Assembly (NCBI GenBank): GCA_964016885.1
Contig: OZ024762.1
Span: 16,678,001-16,742,000 of the forward strand
Reading direction: 5' to 3'
Source: Eledone cirrhosa
Lineage: Eukaryota
Length of the DNA: 64,000 nucleotides
In this document: positions 24,265 to 37,095 of the stretch, piece by piece
How positions within the stretch are numbered: position 1 is the stretch's first letter
How the letters are laid out: the number at the start of each line of letters is the position of its first letter
Program-made: the position numbers and the translations under genes
The notes under the pieces: model-generated
What the model was told of the DNA's origin: nothing
Seen by the model: only the letters and a program-made list of their open reading frames with translations
Database searches by the model: none

Positions 24265-24745
24265 CAGGGATCGGTTGACCCCAACCCCAGGGGTGGAGGG
24301 AGAGTATATACCATATTCAGGGTCAGTTGACCCCACCCCAGGGGTAGAGGGAGAGAGTATATACCATATTCAGGGTCAGTTGACCCCACCCCAGGGGTGG
24401 AGGGAGAGAGTATATACCATAAGCAGGGTCAATTGACCCCACCCCAGGGGTAGAGGGAGAGAGTATATACCATAAGCAGGGTCAATTGACCCCACCCCAG
24501 GGGTAGAGGGAGAGTATATACCATAAGCAGGGTCAGTTGACCCCACCCCAGGGGTAGAGAGAGAGAGTATATACCATAAGTAGTTAGTTGACCCACCGTA
24601 GGGGTAGAGGGAGTATATACCATAACCAGAGTCAGTTGACCCACCCCAGGAGTAAAGGGAGAGAATATATATAAGCAGGGTCAATTGACTCCACCCCAGG
24701 GGTAGAGGGAGGCAGCATATACCACAAGAAGGGTCAGTTGACCGA
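24265..24745. repeat. ~55-bp GC-rich minisatellite
   Basis: GGGTCA(G/A)TTGACCCCACCCCAGGGGTAGAGGGAGAGTATATACCATA repeated ~9 times. Confidence 0.9.
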
Positions 24746-25059
24746 ACCCCACCCTAGACATTTCTTATAATTTCAACATGTGGTGCAATGATGAACTTCT
24801 AGCTGTGATCAAACACTTCCTCTTTGTGCCTCAAAGTGGAATCTACTGTTAAACAACAACAACAATAAGCTATGGCAGAAAGTTGTTCCACTTTGGAGAG
24901 ATTTAATTAAATCGAAAGAAAAAATAATTCAAATAATAATAATAATAATAATAAATGAAAAAAAACAAACCATGTTGTCTCTGGTCGAGTTGAAGTGAGA
25001 GTATGTATAAAAATGGGAAAACTCATCACTAGAACAGCTGTTAAAACATCTAAATGTAT

Positions 25060-25770
25060 TGTCTCTCTGTGTTGACCAACAGTCTCTGGTCTCTGAGGCA
25101 TTATATTTCATCTGTCTGTCACCCACCTTGTGAATTGTCTCTCTGTTGACCACTGTCCACTGAGGCATTATATTTCATCTGTCTGTCACCCACCTTGTGA
25201 ATTGTCTCTCTGTTGACCACTGTCCACTGAGGCATTATATTTCATCTGTCTGTCACCCACCTTGTGAATTGTCTCTCTGTTGACCACTGTCCACTGAGGC
25301 ATATTTCATCTGCCTGTCACCCACCTTGTGAATTGTCTCTCTGTTGACCCCTGGTCACTCGTCTCTATCCTCTGAGGCATTATATTTCATCTGCCTGTCA
25401 CCCACCTTGTGAATTGTCTCTCTGTTGACCACTGGTCACTCGTCTCTATCCTCTGAGGCATTATATTTCACCTGCCTGTCACCCACCTTGTGGATTGTCT
25501 CTCTTTTGAGGCATTATATTTCATCTGCCTGTCACCCACCTTGCGAATTGTCTCTGTTAACCACTGGTCTCTATTCTCTGAGGCATTATATTTCATCTGC
25601 CTGTCACCCACCTTGTGGATTGTCTCTCTTTTGAGGCATTATATTTCATCTGCCTGTCACCCACCTTGTGGATTGTCTCTCTGTTGACCCCTGGTCACTG
25701 GTCTGAGGCATATTTCATCTGCCTGTCACCCACCTTGTAGATTGTCTCTGTTGGCCACTGTCCTCTGAGA
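25060..25770. repeat. ~50-75-bp variable minisatellite
   Basis: TGAGGCATTATATTTCATCTG(T/C)CTGTCACCCACCTTGTG repeated ~11 times. Confidence 0.9.
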
Positions 25771-26059
25771 TATTTTTGCCCATCGCTGTCTTTGACAGCA
25801 TTTAACTGTTTTACCGGCTGTTCTAGCAATGAGTTTCCTCATTTCATATATAATAATAAAAGAAAAGAAAAGAAAAATATTTTACATGGAATAAAAAAAG
25901 AGAAAAAAAGTATTTATAAAAAGAAAGCCTGAACAGAACAAAGAAATATGATAAACCCCTAAAGTGTTGTTGATAATTCTGAAGACATATTGGTAACAAA
26001 GTTGGGACAGAGTGGCAGAAATAATATTTTTAATAAAGATTTCTTGGGACAATGTTTTG

Positions 26060-27345
26060 TGTTTCTATCTATACACCTCTCTCTCTCTCTCTTCCTGTTT
26101 CTATCTATACACCTCTCTCTCTCTCCGTTTCTATCTATACACCCCTCTCTCTTCCTGTTTCTATCTATACACCTCTCTCTCTCTCTCCGTTTCTATCTAT
26201 ACACCTCTCTCTCTCTGTTTCTATCTATACACCTCTCTCTCTCTGTTTCTATCTATACACCTCTCTCTCTCCCTGTTTCTATCTATACACCTCTCTCTTT
26301 CTCTCTCTGTTTCTATCTATACACCTCTCTCTCTCTCCCTGTTTCTATCTATACACCTCTCTCTCTCTCTGTTTCTATCTATACACCTCTCTTTCTCTCT
26401 CTGTTTCTATCTATACACCTCTCTCTCTCTCCCTGTTTCTATCTATACACCTCTCTCCCTCCCTCCCTGTTTCTATCTATACACCTCTCTCTCTCTCCCT
26501 CCCTCCTTGTTTCTATCTATACACCTCTCTCTCTCTCCCTGTTTCTATCTATACACCTCTCTCTCTCTCTGTTTCTATCTATACACCTCTCTTTCTCTCT
26601 CTGTTTCTATCTATACACCTCTCTCTCCCTGTTTCTATCTATACACCTCTCTCCCTCCCTCCCTGTTTCTATCTATACACCGCTCTCTCTCTCCCTCCCT
26701 CCCTGTTTCTATCTATACACCTCTCTCCCTCCCTCCCTGTTTCTATCTATACACCTCTCTCTCTCTCCCTCCCTCCTTGTTTCTATCTATACACCTCTCT
26801 CCCTGTTTCTATCTATACACCTCTCTCTCCCTGTTTCTATCTATACACCTCTCTCTCTCTCCCTCCCTGTTTCTATCTATACACCTCTCTCTCTCTCCCT
26901 CCCTATTTCTATCTATACACCTCTCTCTCCCTCCCTCCCTCCCTGTTTCTATCTATACACCTCTCTCTCTCTCTCCCTCCCTGTTTCTATCTATACACCT
27001 CTCTCTCTCTCCCTCCCTCCCTCCCTGTTTCTATCTATACACCTCTCTCTCTCTCTCCCTCCCTCATTTCTATCTATACACCTCTCTCTCTCCCTCCCTC
27101 CCTATTTCTATCATACACCTCTCTCTCTCCCTCCCTCATTTCTATCTATACACCTCTCTCTCTCCCTCCCTCCCTATTTCTATCTATACACCTCTCTCTC
27201 TCCCTCCCTGTTTCTATCTATACACCTCTCTCTCTCCCTCCCTATTTCTATCTATACACCTCTCTCTCTCTCTCCCTCCTTCCCTGTTTCTATCTATACA
27301 CCTCTCTCCCTCCCTCCCTGTTTCTATCTATACACCTCTCTTCCT
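26060..27345. repeat. Pyrimidine-rich minisatellite TGTTTCTATCTATACAC(CT)n(CCCT)n
   Basis: ~40 variable-length units; ORFs here are low-complexity artefacts. Confidence 0.95.
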
Positions 27346-27783
27346 GTCTCTCCTCTCCTTTTTCTAACCTTTCCTTCTTTAAAAGGATCCCTGTTAAAAA
27401 GAATCCAGACTCTGAAATGCATTTCTTTCTTTCTTTTTTTTAACCCCACCCTAAAAACAAAACAAAAACAAACAAAACCCCTTCTATATTGTTTGTTGAT
27501 TGCAAACTTCTATATATTCACAACCAATAATTAATTCTATATAAAATAAATATTTCAATCAAGATTTTGTTATTTTCCTTCATTTAAAAAAAAAAAGCTT
27601 TTGTTATCATATTTCTAATTAAAAAACATTCATCACCATCATTGTTTAATGTCCATTTTCCACGCTAGCCTGAGTTGGACAGGTTGTCCCATTAGAAGCT
27701 AGTTGGGTGAGGTGACCGTGTTTTTCTCATATAGAACTGTTTCTGGCTAGATTTCTACAGTTAGATGCCAACATTTACATTAT

Positions 27784-28268
27784 GTGCTGGGTGAATTTTG
27801 TCATGTCACCAACACAACCACTTTACAGTGTGGACTGGGTGCTTTATGTTGTGTCACCAACACAACCACTTTACAGTGTGGACTGAGCTCTTTTTGTCAT
27901 GTCACCAACACAACCACTTTACAGTGTGGACTGGGTGCTTTATGTTGTGTCACCAACACAACCACTTTACAGTGTGGCCTGGGTGAATTTTGTCATGTTA
28001 CCAACACAACCACTTTACAGTGTGGACTGGGTGCTTTATGTTGTGTCACCAACACAACCACTTTACAGTGTGGACTGAGCTCTTTTTGTCATGTCACCAA
28101 CACAACCACTTTACAGTGTAGACTGGGTGCTTTATGTTGTGTCACCAACACAACCACTTTACAGTGTGGACTGGGTGCTTTATGTTGTGTCACCAACACA
28201 ACCACTTTACAGTATGGACTGAGCTCTTTTTGTCATGTCACCAACACAACCACTTTACAGTGTGGACT
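27784..28268. repeat. 48-bp tandem repeat derived from SINE-B/RTE-tail-like sequence
   Basis: CACCAACACAACCACTTTACAGTGTGGACTGGGTGCTTT units every 48 bp, contiguous with a minus-strand element tail. Confidence 0.88.
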
Positions 28269-28274
28269 GTCATC

Positions 28275-28860
28275 GACATAATCCCTGCAGCAGTGAAGAA
28301 TGTTACCCTTTCTCAAAATATCCTTGACCTCAAGAGAGGGTGTTCTATATGTCAAACACCATCCTCAAGCTCACCAGAAAGAAGATGTTTCTTTACAGCT
28401 CTACAATCCTCCATGTGGACAACATGGCCAACCCATCTCAGTCTATTCCTAGCGAGGACGGTTTCAATGTCTGGAGTCTTTGCATGTTTCAGTACCTGAT
28501 TGTTTGTGACAAAGTGATCCCATTTGATTTTGAGAATAAACCTAAGGTGTTGTTGCTGAACTGTTGTTAACTGTCTCATGTGGTAACGATGGAGAGTCCA
28601 GGTCTCACTTCCATACAAGAGAGAAGTTACACATTAGTTATAAACTTTAGGTTTAGTCTCAGATGTCAGTTCCCTGGGTTCAAAGTCTCTCTCACTCTTA
28701 GTTTACCTACAGTACAAGAGACAGCTTCAATATGTACACAAAGCTCTCCATCTAGTTTACAGTCTTTGGTGACATAGCTGCCAAGATTTTTGAAGTCTTC
28801 CACTCTGGAAAAAACATCAACTTGCTTTCCAACACTCATTGGTTCAAACTTCTTAATGTT
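28275..28860 (-). mobile_element. Decayed RTE/BovB-like LINE fragment
   Basis: YGSETWT..HLRFILKIKW..NRLRWVGHVVHMED on the minus strand. Confidence 0.8.
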
Positions 28861-28890
28861 GCTTCAGAGGCCCTTTATTATATAGTATAC

Positions 28891-29918
28891 ATCCTTCTCT
28901 GGAAGCAATCTGTTGTATTCAGACCTGGAGAAGAGATGGGCTCCACCAGGTTTTAAAAGTGCCCTAGTAACACTGTATATCACTCCAGCGCTCCTGCGAC
29001 TTCTTTCAAAGTTATGGGACTATTTATACATACTACATAATAATTGCTTCTACTTTTGGCACAAGGCCAGCAATTATCCCAGTGTATTACTGGTACTTTA
29101 TTTTATCGACCCCGTAAGGATGAAAGGCAAAGTTAATCCAGTCGAGGTTAACTTTGCCTTTCATCCTTACGGGGTCGATAAAATAAAGTACCAGTAATGT
29201 ACTGAGATAATTGCTGGCCTTGTGCCAAAAGTAGAAACAATTATTCGGTAGAGGGTCTGACGCCATGCTTTGCACCATAGAGTTACGGCCCTTTATGATC
29301 AGAGTTCAAATCCCGCCGAGGTTAACTTTGCCTTTCATCCTTACGGGGTCGATAAAATAAAGTACCAGTAATGTACTGAGATAATTGCTGGCCTTGTGCC
29401 AAAAGTAGAAACAATTATTCGGTAGAGGGTCTGACGCCATGCTTTGCACCATAGAGTTACGGCCCTTTATGATCAGAGTTCAAATCCCGCCGAGGTTAAC
29501 TTTGCCTTTCATCCTTACGGGGTCGATAAAATAAAGTACCAGTAATGTACTGAGATAATTGCTGGCCTTGTGCCAAAAGTAGAAACAATTATTCGGTAGA
29601 GGGTCTGACGCCATGCTTTGCACCATAGAGTTACGGCCCTTTATGATCAGAGTTCAAATCCCGCCGAGGTTAACTTTGCCTTTCATCCTTACGGGGGTCG
29701 ATAAAATAAAGTACCAGTAATACACTGGGATAATTGCTGGCCTTGTGCCAAAAGTAGAAACAATTATTATGTAGTATGTATGATTAGTCCCATAACTTCA
29801 AAGGAAGTCGCAGGAGCGCTGGAGTGACATACAGTGTTACTAGGGGGCACTTTTAAAACCTGGTGGAGCCCATCTCCTCTCCAGGTCTGAATACAACAGA
29901 TTGCTTCCAGGGAAGGAT
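28891..29918. repeat. Foldback structure with ~245-bp inverted arms around a 174-bp SINE-A tandem array
   Basis: 28891-29135 is approximately the reverse complement of 29670-29918; AGTTACGGCC at 29281, 29455, 29629. Confidence 0.88.
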
Positions 29919-30403
29919 AGAGAGTGAGAAAGAGATATAGAGGAAAAATCAACCCCAGTACTAGACTGGTACTTTTTTTATCGACCTCGAATGGACGAAA
30001 GGCAAAGTTGACCTCGGCGGAATTTGAACTTAGAGAGCAGAGAGCTGAAACAAATACCACAAGACACTTTATCTGATGTTCTAACTCTGCCAATTTGACA
30101 CCTTATAACTGCAGTTTGGTGACTAAAACCAATAAAAGAATTTACACAACTGAACCATTTCCCAAATAAACTCAGCAATGTTACCATTTTTTCAAATGTT
30201 CTGATAAATTAGGGTCAATAATGCACTAAAAAAATAAAAATACGCTGACACTTTTTGTTAAAAGGCGTTTAAAAGAAACAAACAAATACTAAAATAAAAA
30301 CAATTAAAAAAGAAAATTAGACAAACATTGGTTAGGTGGTAAATATTACTGCAAAAATATTTAAAATACATTTTAAAATCCCAATTAAAACCAATCGACT
30401 TAC

Positions 30404-30456
30404 CTTTCTCTACCTAATGTGGCTCCAGTTGTCAAACTTTTCTTCTGGAAGTCAAG
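30404..30456 (-). CDS. Candidate second exon of an unidentified minus-strand gene (LDFQKKSLTTGATLGRE)
   Basis: AG|GTAAGT consensus donor; two in-frame AG acceptors (30456, 30444), both with weak pyrimidine tracts; open in phase with 34349-34381. Confidence 0.3.
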
Positions 30457-30905
30457 CTATAGGTCTCTGTTGTTCCTATAAGCTATAGGTCTCTGTTGTT
30501 CCTATAAGCTATAGGTTTCTGTTGTTCCTATAAGCTATAGAACTCTGTTGTTCCTATAAGCTATAGACCTCTGTTGTTCCTATAAGCTATAGACCTCTGT
30601 TGTTCCTATAAGCTATAGACCTCTTGTTCCTATAAGCTATAGACCTCTGTTGTTCCTATAAGCTATAGACCTCTTGTTCCTATAAGCTATAGACCTCTTG
30701 TTCCTATAAGCTATAGACCTCTGTTGTTCCTATAAGCTATAGACCTCTGTTGTTCCTATAAGCTATAGACCTCTTGTTCCTATAAGCTATAGACCTCTGT
30801 TGTTCCTATAAGCTATAGACCTCTTGTTCCTATAAGCTATAGACCTCTGTTGTTCCTATAAGCTATAGACCTCTCTTGTTCCTATAAGCTATAGACCTCT
30901 ATTAT
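30455..30905. repeat. 24-26-bp minisatellite CTGTTGTTCCTATAAGCTATAGACCT
   Basis: ~17 tandem units with an internal CTATA..TATAG dyad. Confidence 0.93.
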
Positions 30906-33249
30906 TTCTATAAGTTACAGGTCTCTATTTTTCTATAGGTTATAGGGACTTATGTTATAGGCAGTGGCGGACTGGGTCTAAAAATATTGGTTGCCAGGAG
31001 ATGAAGGGGGCCCCCCTACATATAGAATGCTATCATTTAATTTTTATAATGAATAAATAACATTTTCAAAAAATACATAAGTGGAAACAAAACAGTGCAA
31101 TAACATTTTTTGCGGAAAACTATCTTAGTTTCTCCAATAAAAAATATTATGTATTTTGCGAAATCCAGAGACTTTCAATAATTGTTTCTACTTTAGGCAC
31201 AAGGCCAGCAATTACCCAGTGCATTACTGGTACTTTATTTTATCAACCCCGTAAGGATGAAAGGCAAAGTCAACCTCGGCGGGATTTGAACTCAGATCGT
31301 AAAGGGACGTAACTATGCTGGAAAGCATGGCGTCTGACCCTCCACCGATACTGCCAATCCACCGCCCTAGACTTCCAATAATGACCTTTGGTCTTTCACA
31401 CTCACTCAATATATATATTATTTGTTTGTTAAAATAATCAAATTAAATTAATTCAACAGTTAAACACACATAGGAATAATAAGGTTGTTTCCAAAGAGCC
31501 AGAAGATTGACAAGTCGACCCTAAATATACTAATAGCTGTAGGAAAGCCATGAACGACACCACAACTTTTTAACTTTGATTTTGAAAGTAGGTTTATAAT
31601 TATCAATTTTCATTATACTTTTCTAGCTTTCTTGGTGGCCTAGTTAGAGGAATCATAGACGGTGGAGATACTGGTCTGAAGTTCAATCCTGGTTGGCAGT
31701 ATTGGTTGTAAAAAAAAACTGAAAAAGGTTACATGTACCTCTTGACGAAAATTGAACCCAAGACCAGAATCTCCACCATCTCTTCTACCTACCATTAGGC
31801 CACAGAGACAACTATGAAAATCTACTGAAAATTCATACTTATAAACCTATTTTCAATATATATATATATATATATACACACCACTAATTGATTTGACAGA
31901 TGTCTTTAACCCATTGATACCAAACATTATTTGGTCAGTAGTTCATGTGTAAGTATCATCATCATCATCACCGTTTTACGTCCGTTCTTCCACGCTAGCA
32001 CATGGGTTAGACGGGTTGTCCTGTTGTGGGCAGTGTCTGGTCGGCCGACCATGCCTTACTCATACAGGAACTGATTCGGCTTGATTTCTACAGCAGGATG
32101 CCCTTCCTAACACCAACCTCATTTACAGTGAGTGCTGGGTGCTTTTTTGTGGCGCCTACACGTCCACTTTACAGTGTGGGCTGGGTGCTTTTTTGCCGTG
32201 GCACCTCCACGACCACCTTGCGGTGGTGGTGGTGGGGGGGGGGGGGGCATATTGTCTATAGTATATATATTTTTTTAATCAAAACTTTAATCTGTTATTT
32301 TAATAAATATTTGCTCTACGGTTTTTATATTATTATCCTTATCGAGCCCTCTTCGGATTTTAGTTTTCACATTTATTATTATTACTATATATATGCTTGT
32401 GTGTCTGTGTTTATACATGTATGCTTACATGCATGAATTCACTGATCTTTAGATTTAGTAGAATGTACAACCACTGATTCCAGCTATTTGCACTATCATA
32501 TATTTTGGTTTCTAGTAATTCCCTGGGGAATTGGTTGACCAAATGCTTTGCTTAATTGTTTTATTTATTTATTTTTTAAAATTATTCTTTCCCTTAGACT
32601 TCAGGTATTAGCTCCTAAAATACTAGTGTTGCAATGCTACTGTTGGTCAACCTGGCCAGTCCATCATTGGCTATAGGCCTCTATCCTTCCTATTTTCATC
32701 TAGGGTTAAGCCCCATTACTATTATTTCGCCCAAGATATCTTATGGTAACCAAAGCAGTATTTATCACTACACTTCAGACCATATTTTACAGATAAAATT
32801 TCCCTTAACTCTTTGGTATTCTCATTACTCTATATATACTATTGTATTTTCACAGTAAAGGCTTTACCTCACATAACATTTACATTACTCTATAAATACT
32901 ATTGTATTTTCACAGTAAAGGCTTTACCTCACATAACATTTACATTACTCTATAAATACTATTGTATTTTCACAGTAAAGGCTTTACCTCACACATCTCA
33001 CAACATTTACATTACTCTATATATACTATTGTATTTTTGTGGTAAAGGCTTTATTTCACATATCGAATCTATGAGATTTTGATGTAATTTATTTTGAGAA
33101 CAATACCTTAACAACAATATGAGTGGCTAGTTACAGCCGGTTTGAACAGAAAGAGGTGAGAGAATTCTGGCCGGATATGGCCGGTTTAAATGCTAAAGGG
33201 TTAAAGGGTTATCAATCGATTACGATCCCGTAACTTGTACAGCCAGATC

Positions 33250-33810
33250 ATGTCATTTCACTGGACCTTAGAAATATTTGACAATGTCCAGCTCCCCAAC
33301 AACTGGCACGGCCAGTTGTTGGGGGTGTTGTCTAGACCAGGAGTTCCCTAAACCAGTGTCTAGGGTTCCGCAAAAAAAGGTAAAGGAGTATATTTATATT
33401 ACGACCATATAAACATTATTAGACATTACGGTCCCCCCCCTAAAGTTTCTCAACCAAAAAAGGTTCTGACTTTATAAAAGTTTTGGAAAGCCTGGACTAA
33501 ATGTTTGACTGTGTTGTCCATCATGTCATTTCACTGGACTTTAGAAATATTTGACAGGGTCCAGCTCCCCGTAACTGGTACAGCCAGTTGTCGGGGTGTT
33601 GTCTATTATGACATTTCACTGGACCTTAGAAATATTTGACAGTGTCCAGCTCCCCGTAACTGGTACAGCCAGTTGTTGGTGTGTTGTCTATCATGTCATT
33701 TCACTGGACCTTAGAAATATTTGACAGGGTTCAGCCAGTTGTTGGGGTGTTGTCCATCATGTCATTTCACTGGACCTTAGAAATATTTGACAGTGTCCAG
33801 CTTCTCCCCA
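33250..33810. repeat. Degenerate tandem repeat interrupted by a small hAT-like MITE (~33338-33494)
   Basis: Five TCATTTCACTGGACCTTAGAAATATTTGACA units; insert bounded by CAGG..TTCC..AAAC / GTTTTGGAAAGCCTG. Confidence 0.7.
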
Positions 33811-34348
33811 AACTTATACGATGGTTCCATTACCATGACACGCAAGTCTTTCAACATAAACATTTAAATGCGGCAAAATAAAGTTCTATTTACTAAATAT
33901 GAAAGCTCTCTTTGTATATATTTTTAACGGAATAATCTCTATATTAATAAACTTCGGTCAATTTTAACCACAACACACGTCTTCAAGAGAAGGCGACTTT
34001 ATGATAAAACCACAACCATCGTCTCCAATAAATTAAGAGACATTAAAACACAAATTTCCCCTTCAAAATTCTAACCACCCTATCGACTAAATACCCTTAA
34101 AATTAAAAAGAATATTATTTACACCCGACTGTAAATATATATTTTAACACCCGAGTTATTTATCCACAGAAAGCGAGTAATTTATGATAGTTTTAAAGGA
34201 CATTTTAGTTCAAAACATCGAAAACAATTCTAACTAAACCAGCTTTAAAATTAAATATTTTTATTTATTAAACCTGTCTGAAGTAAAAAATACCTTTCGA
34301 AGTTTGACTAAACTAATCTGTTAGTACCATTGACAAGAGGTATATTAC

Positions 34349-34381
34349 CTGAGAGATTCTGTAAGCCGGAGGAGGTTCCAT
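34349..34381 (-). CDS. Candidate first coding exon (MEPPPAYRISQ) of an unidentified gene
   Basis: AAAATGG Kozak-like start, CAG|GTAATA donor, adjacent promoter-like motifs. Confidence 0.4.
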
Positions 34382-34384
34382 TTT

Positions 34385-34450
34385 AATATTTCCCGCTAAA
34401 TCTTTCAGTAATAAAGTGAAAGTAATAATTCACAAACCGGAAATGACGAC
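34385..34450. promoter_or_regulatory. Possible housekeeping-type promoter (E2F-like TTTCCCGC, ETS-like CCGGAAAT)
   Basis: Motifs at ~34390 and ~34437 in unique, relatively CpG-retaining sequence. Confidence 0.35.
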
Positions 34451-34649
34451 ATTAAATAAACTAACCCGAAACTAATATATTTTATGTAACACGAATTAAT
34501 TTTTTGGACAAATTTTAAGTATAATACGAATTAATTTTTTGAACGAATTTTAAGTACAATACGACATCAATTTCCTACAAATTTTAAATATATAAATTAA
34601 TCAATAAGTGGCACTGCTTGCATGGATTCCCTTGACTCAGGGTCGCCAT

Positions 34650-34970
34650 CCAATTCTAGTGTTCATCAGGGATTGCAGTTTATGTCATCACAAATCTGTT
34701 TGATAGAGGTCTTGGTTTGTCATCGTCTGCTAGCTCTTCCTTGTGTAGGTTCCTACAAAAGTACTTCACTAACAATTTTGTCTATAACTCTCCAGCAATG
34801 TCCTGAGAATCTGATTCTACGCTCTTTGATGATGTCTGAGACTGGACTAAAGTTTCCATAGTTGTTCATTGGTCAGACAATCTCTCCAAGTGACATTCTT
34901 AGCATGCAAGTGTAGGCTCCATCTAATCGTTCTAGTTTTGAGGCAAAGTTCCATTCTGAGCAGCCATACG
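34650..34970 (-). mobile_element. Decayed RTE-like LINE 3' fragment (related piece ~56380-56670 +)
   Basis: YG.SEW..KLERLDGAYT.MLR on the minus strand; LLWGPT..GR..RTFIDQL in the second piece. Confidence 0.55.
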
Positions 34971-34977
34971 GTATATA

Positions 34978-35279
34978 TCTATATATATAAAACTGAGGAT
35001 GTCTGTCTGTGTGTGTGTTATTTTGAATCCCTAAAACTCGAGAACCACCCAACCGACTGTTTTCAAACTTTACACATGTAATACTTGTTTCAGGGAGTGT
35101 TCTGAGCAAAACAATTTCAAATTTTTATGCCCCAGGGACCACATTAGGTGATTTAGCGATCTCGCTCTATAATTCTTAGTCTTTCTCTTTTTAGATAGAT
35201 ACATACATATAACGTTGCGCCCTTATAATATCTGTCTGTATGCCTGACTGTCTGCATTACGTTATTTCCTTGAGGATGT

Positions 35280-35316
<37 letters not shown>

Positions 35317-35460
35317 TTTGAATCCCTAAAACTCGAGAAGTACCCAACCGACTTTTTTCAAACTTTACATGTGTATTACTTATGTTTCAGGGAGTGTTAT
35401 GCGCATTAAAAAAATCAACTTTTTGATCCCCCAGGGCTTGCATTAGGTAAAAAACTGCGT
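34978..35460 (+). mobile_element. Probable non-autonomous Helitron-like element, partly duplicated
   Basis: Starts TCTATATATATAAAACTGAGGATGTCTGTCTG(TG)n..CAACCGAC..TCAAACTTTAC; repeated from ~35270. Confidence 0.5.
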
Positions 35461-35734
35461 TTAGGAGCATCACCTGATGGTATGACTGAGTGATAGCAAG
35501 ACTAAGACACTTGAATAGCCAAGTACCCTCAACAAAAGCATCACCTGATATGTTGATAATACCAGGTGATAGAGAGACTAAGACACTTGAATAGCTAAGT
35601 ACCCTCACCAGGAGCATTGTCTGATACTTTAGTAAGGCCAGGTGATAGCGAGACAAAGACACTAGAACAACCAAGCACCTCCACCAAGAGCATTGCCTGA
35701 TGGTATGACCGGGTGATAGCAAGGCTAAGACAGA

Positions 35735-37095
35735 GACCCTAACATCTACCACAGTATCAAGGGGCTACTTGGGTGACCCTAACATCTACCACAGTATCAA
35801 GGGGTTACTTGGGTGACCCTAACATCTACCACAGTATCAAGGGGTTACTTGGGTGACCCTAACATCTACCACAGTATCAAGGGGCTACTTGGGTGACCCT
35901 ATCATCTACCACAGTATCAAGGGGTTACTTGGGTGACCCTAACATCTACCACAGTATCAAGGGGCTACAGCAGTGGTGACCCTAACATCTACCACAGTAT
36001 CAAGGGGTTACTTGGGAGACCCTAATATCTACCACAGTATCAAGGGGTTACATGGGAGACCCTAACATCTACCACAGTATCAAGGGGTTACTTGGGTGAC
36101 CCTAACATCTACCACAGTATCAAGGGGCTACTTGGGTGACCCTAACATCTACCACAGTATCAAGGGGTTACTTGGGTGACCCTAACATCTACCACAGTAT
36201 CAAGGGGTTACTTGGGTGACCCTAACATCTACCACAGTATCAAGAGGTTACTTGGGTGACCCTAACATCTACCACAGTATCAAGGGGTTACTTGGGTGAC
36301 CCTAACATCTACCACAGTATCAAGGGGCTACAGAAGTGGTGACCCTAACATCTACCACAGTATCAAGGGGATATTTGGGTGCCCCTAACATCTACCATAG
36401 TATCAAGGGGTTACTTGGGTGCCCCTAACATCTACCACAGTATCAAGGGGTTACTTGGGTGCCCCTAACATCTACCACAGTATCAAGGGGTTACTTGGGT
36501 GATCCTAACATCTACCACAGTATCAAGGGGTTACTTGGGTGACCCTAACATCTACCACAGTATCAAGGGGTTACTTGGGTGCCCCTAACATCTACCACAA
36601 TATCAAGGGGTTACTTGGGTGACCCTAACATCTACCACAGTATCAAGGGGCTACAGAAGTGGTGACCCTAACATCTACCACAGTATCAAGGGGTTACTTG
36701 GGTGCCCCTAACATCTACCACAATATCAAGGGGTTACTTGGGTGACCCTAACATCTACCACAGTATCAAGGGGCTACAGAAGTGGTGACCCTAACATCTA
36801 CCACAGTATCAAGGGGATATTTGGGTGCCCCTAACATCTACCATAGTATCAAGGGGTTACTTGGGTGACCCTAACACCTACCACAGTATCAAGGGGCTAC
36901 AGAAGTGGTGACCCTAACATCTACCACAGTATCAAGGGGTTACTTGGGTGACCCTAACATCTACCACAGTATCAAGGGGTTACTTAGGTGCCCCTAACAT
37001 CTACCACAATATCAAGGGGTTACTTGGGTGACCCTAACATCTACCACAGTATCAAGTGGTTACTTGGGTGACCCTAACATCTACCAACCACAGTA
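35735..37095. repeat. 40-bp minisatellite (~33 copies)
   Basis: GACCCTAACATCTACCACAGTATCAAGGGGTTACTTGGGT, with recurrent 42-bp GCTACAGAAGTGGT variants. Confidence 0.97.

Noticed and set aside
31580-31857. Diverged inverted repeat as an RNA gene
   Set aside because: Looks like an old MITE-type foldback with no ncRNA motifs
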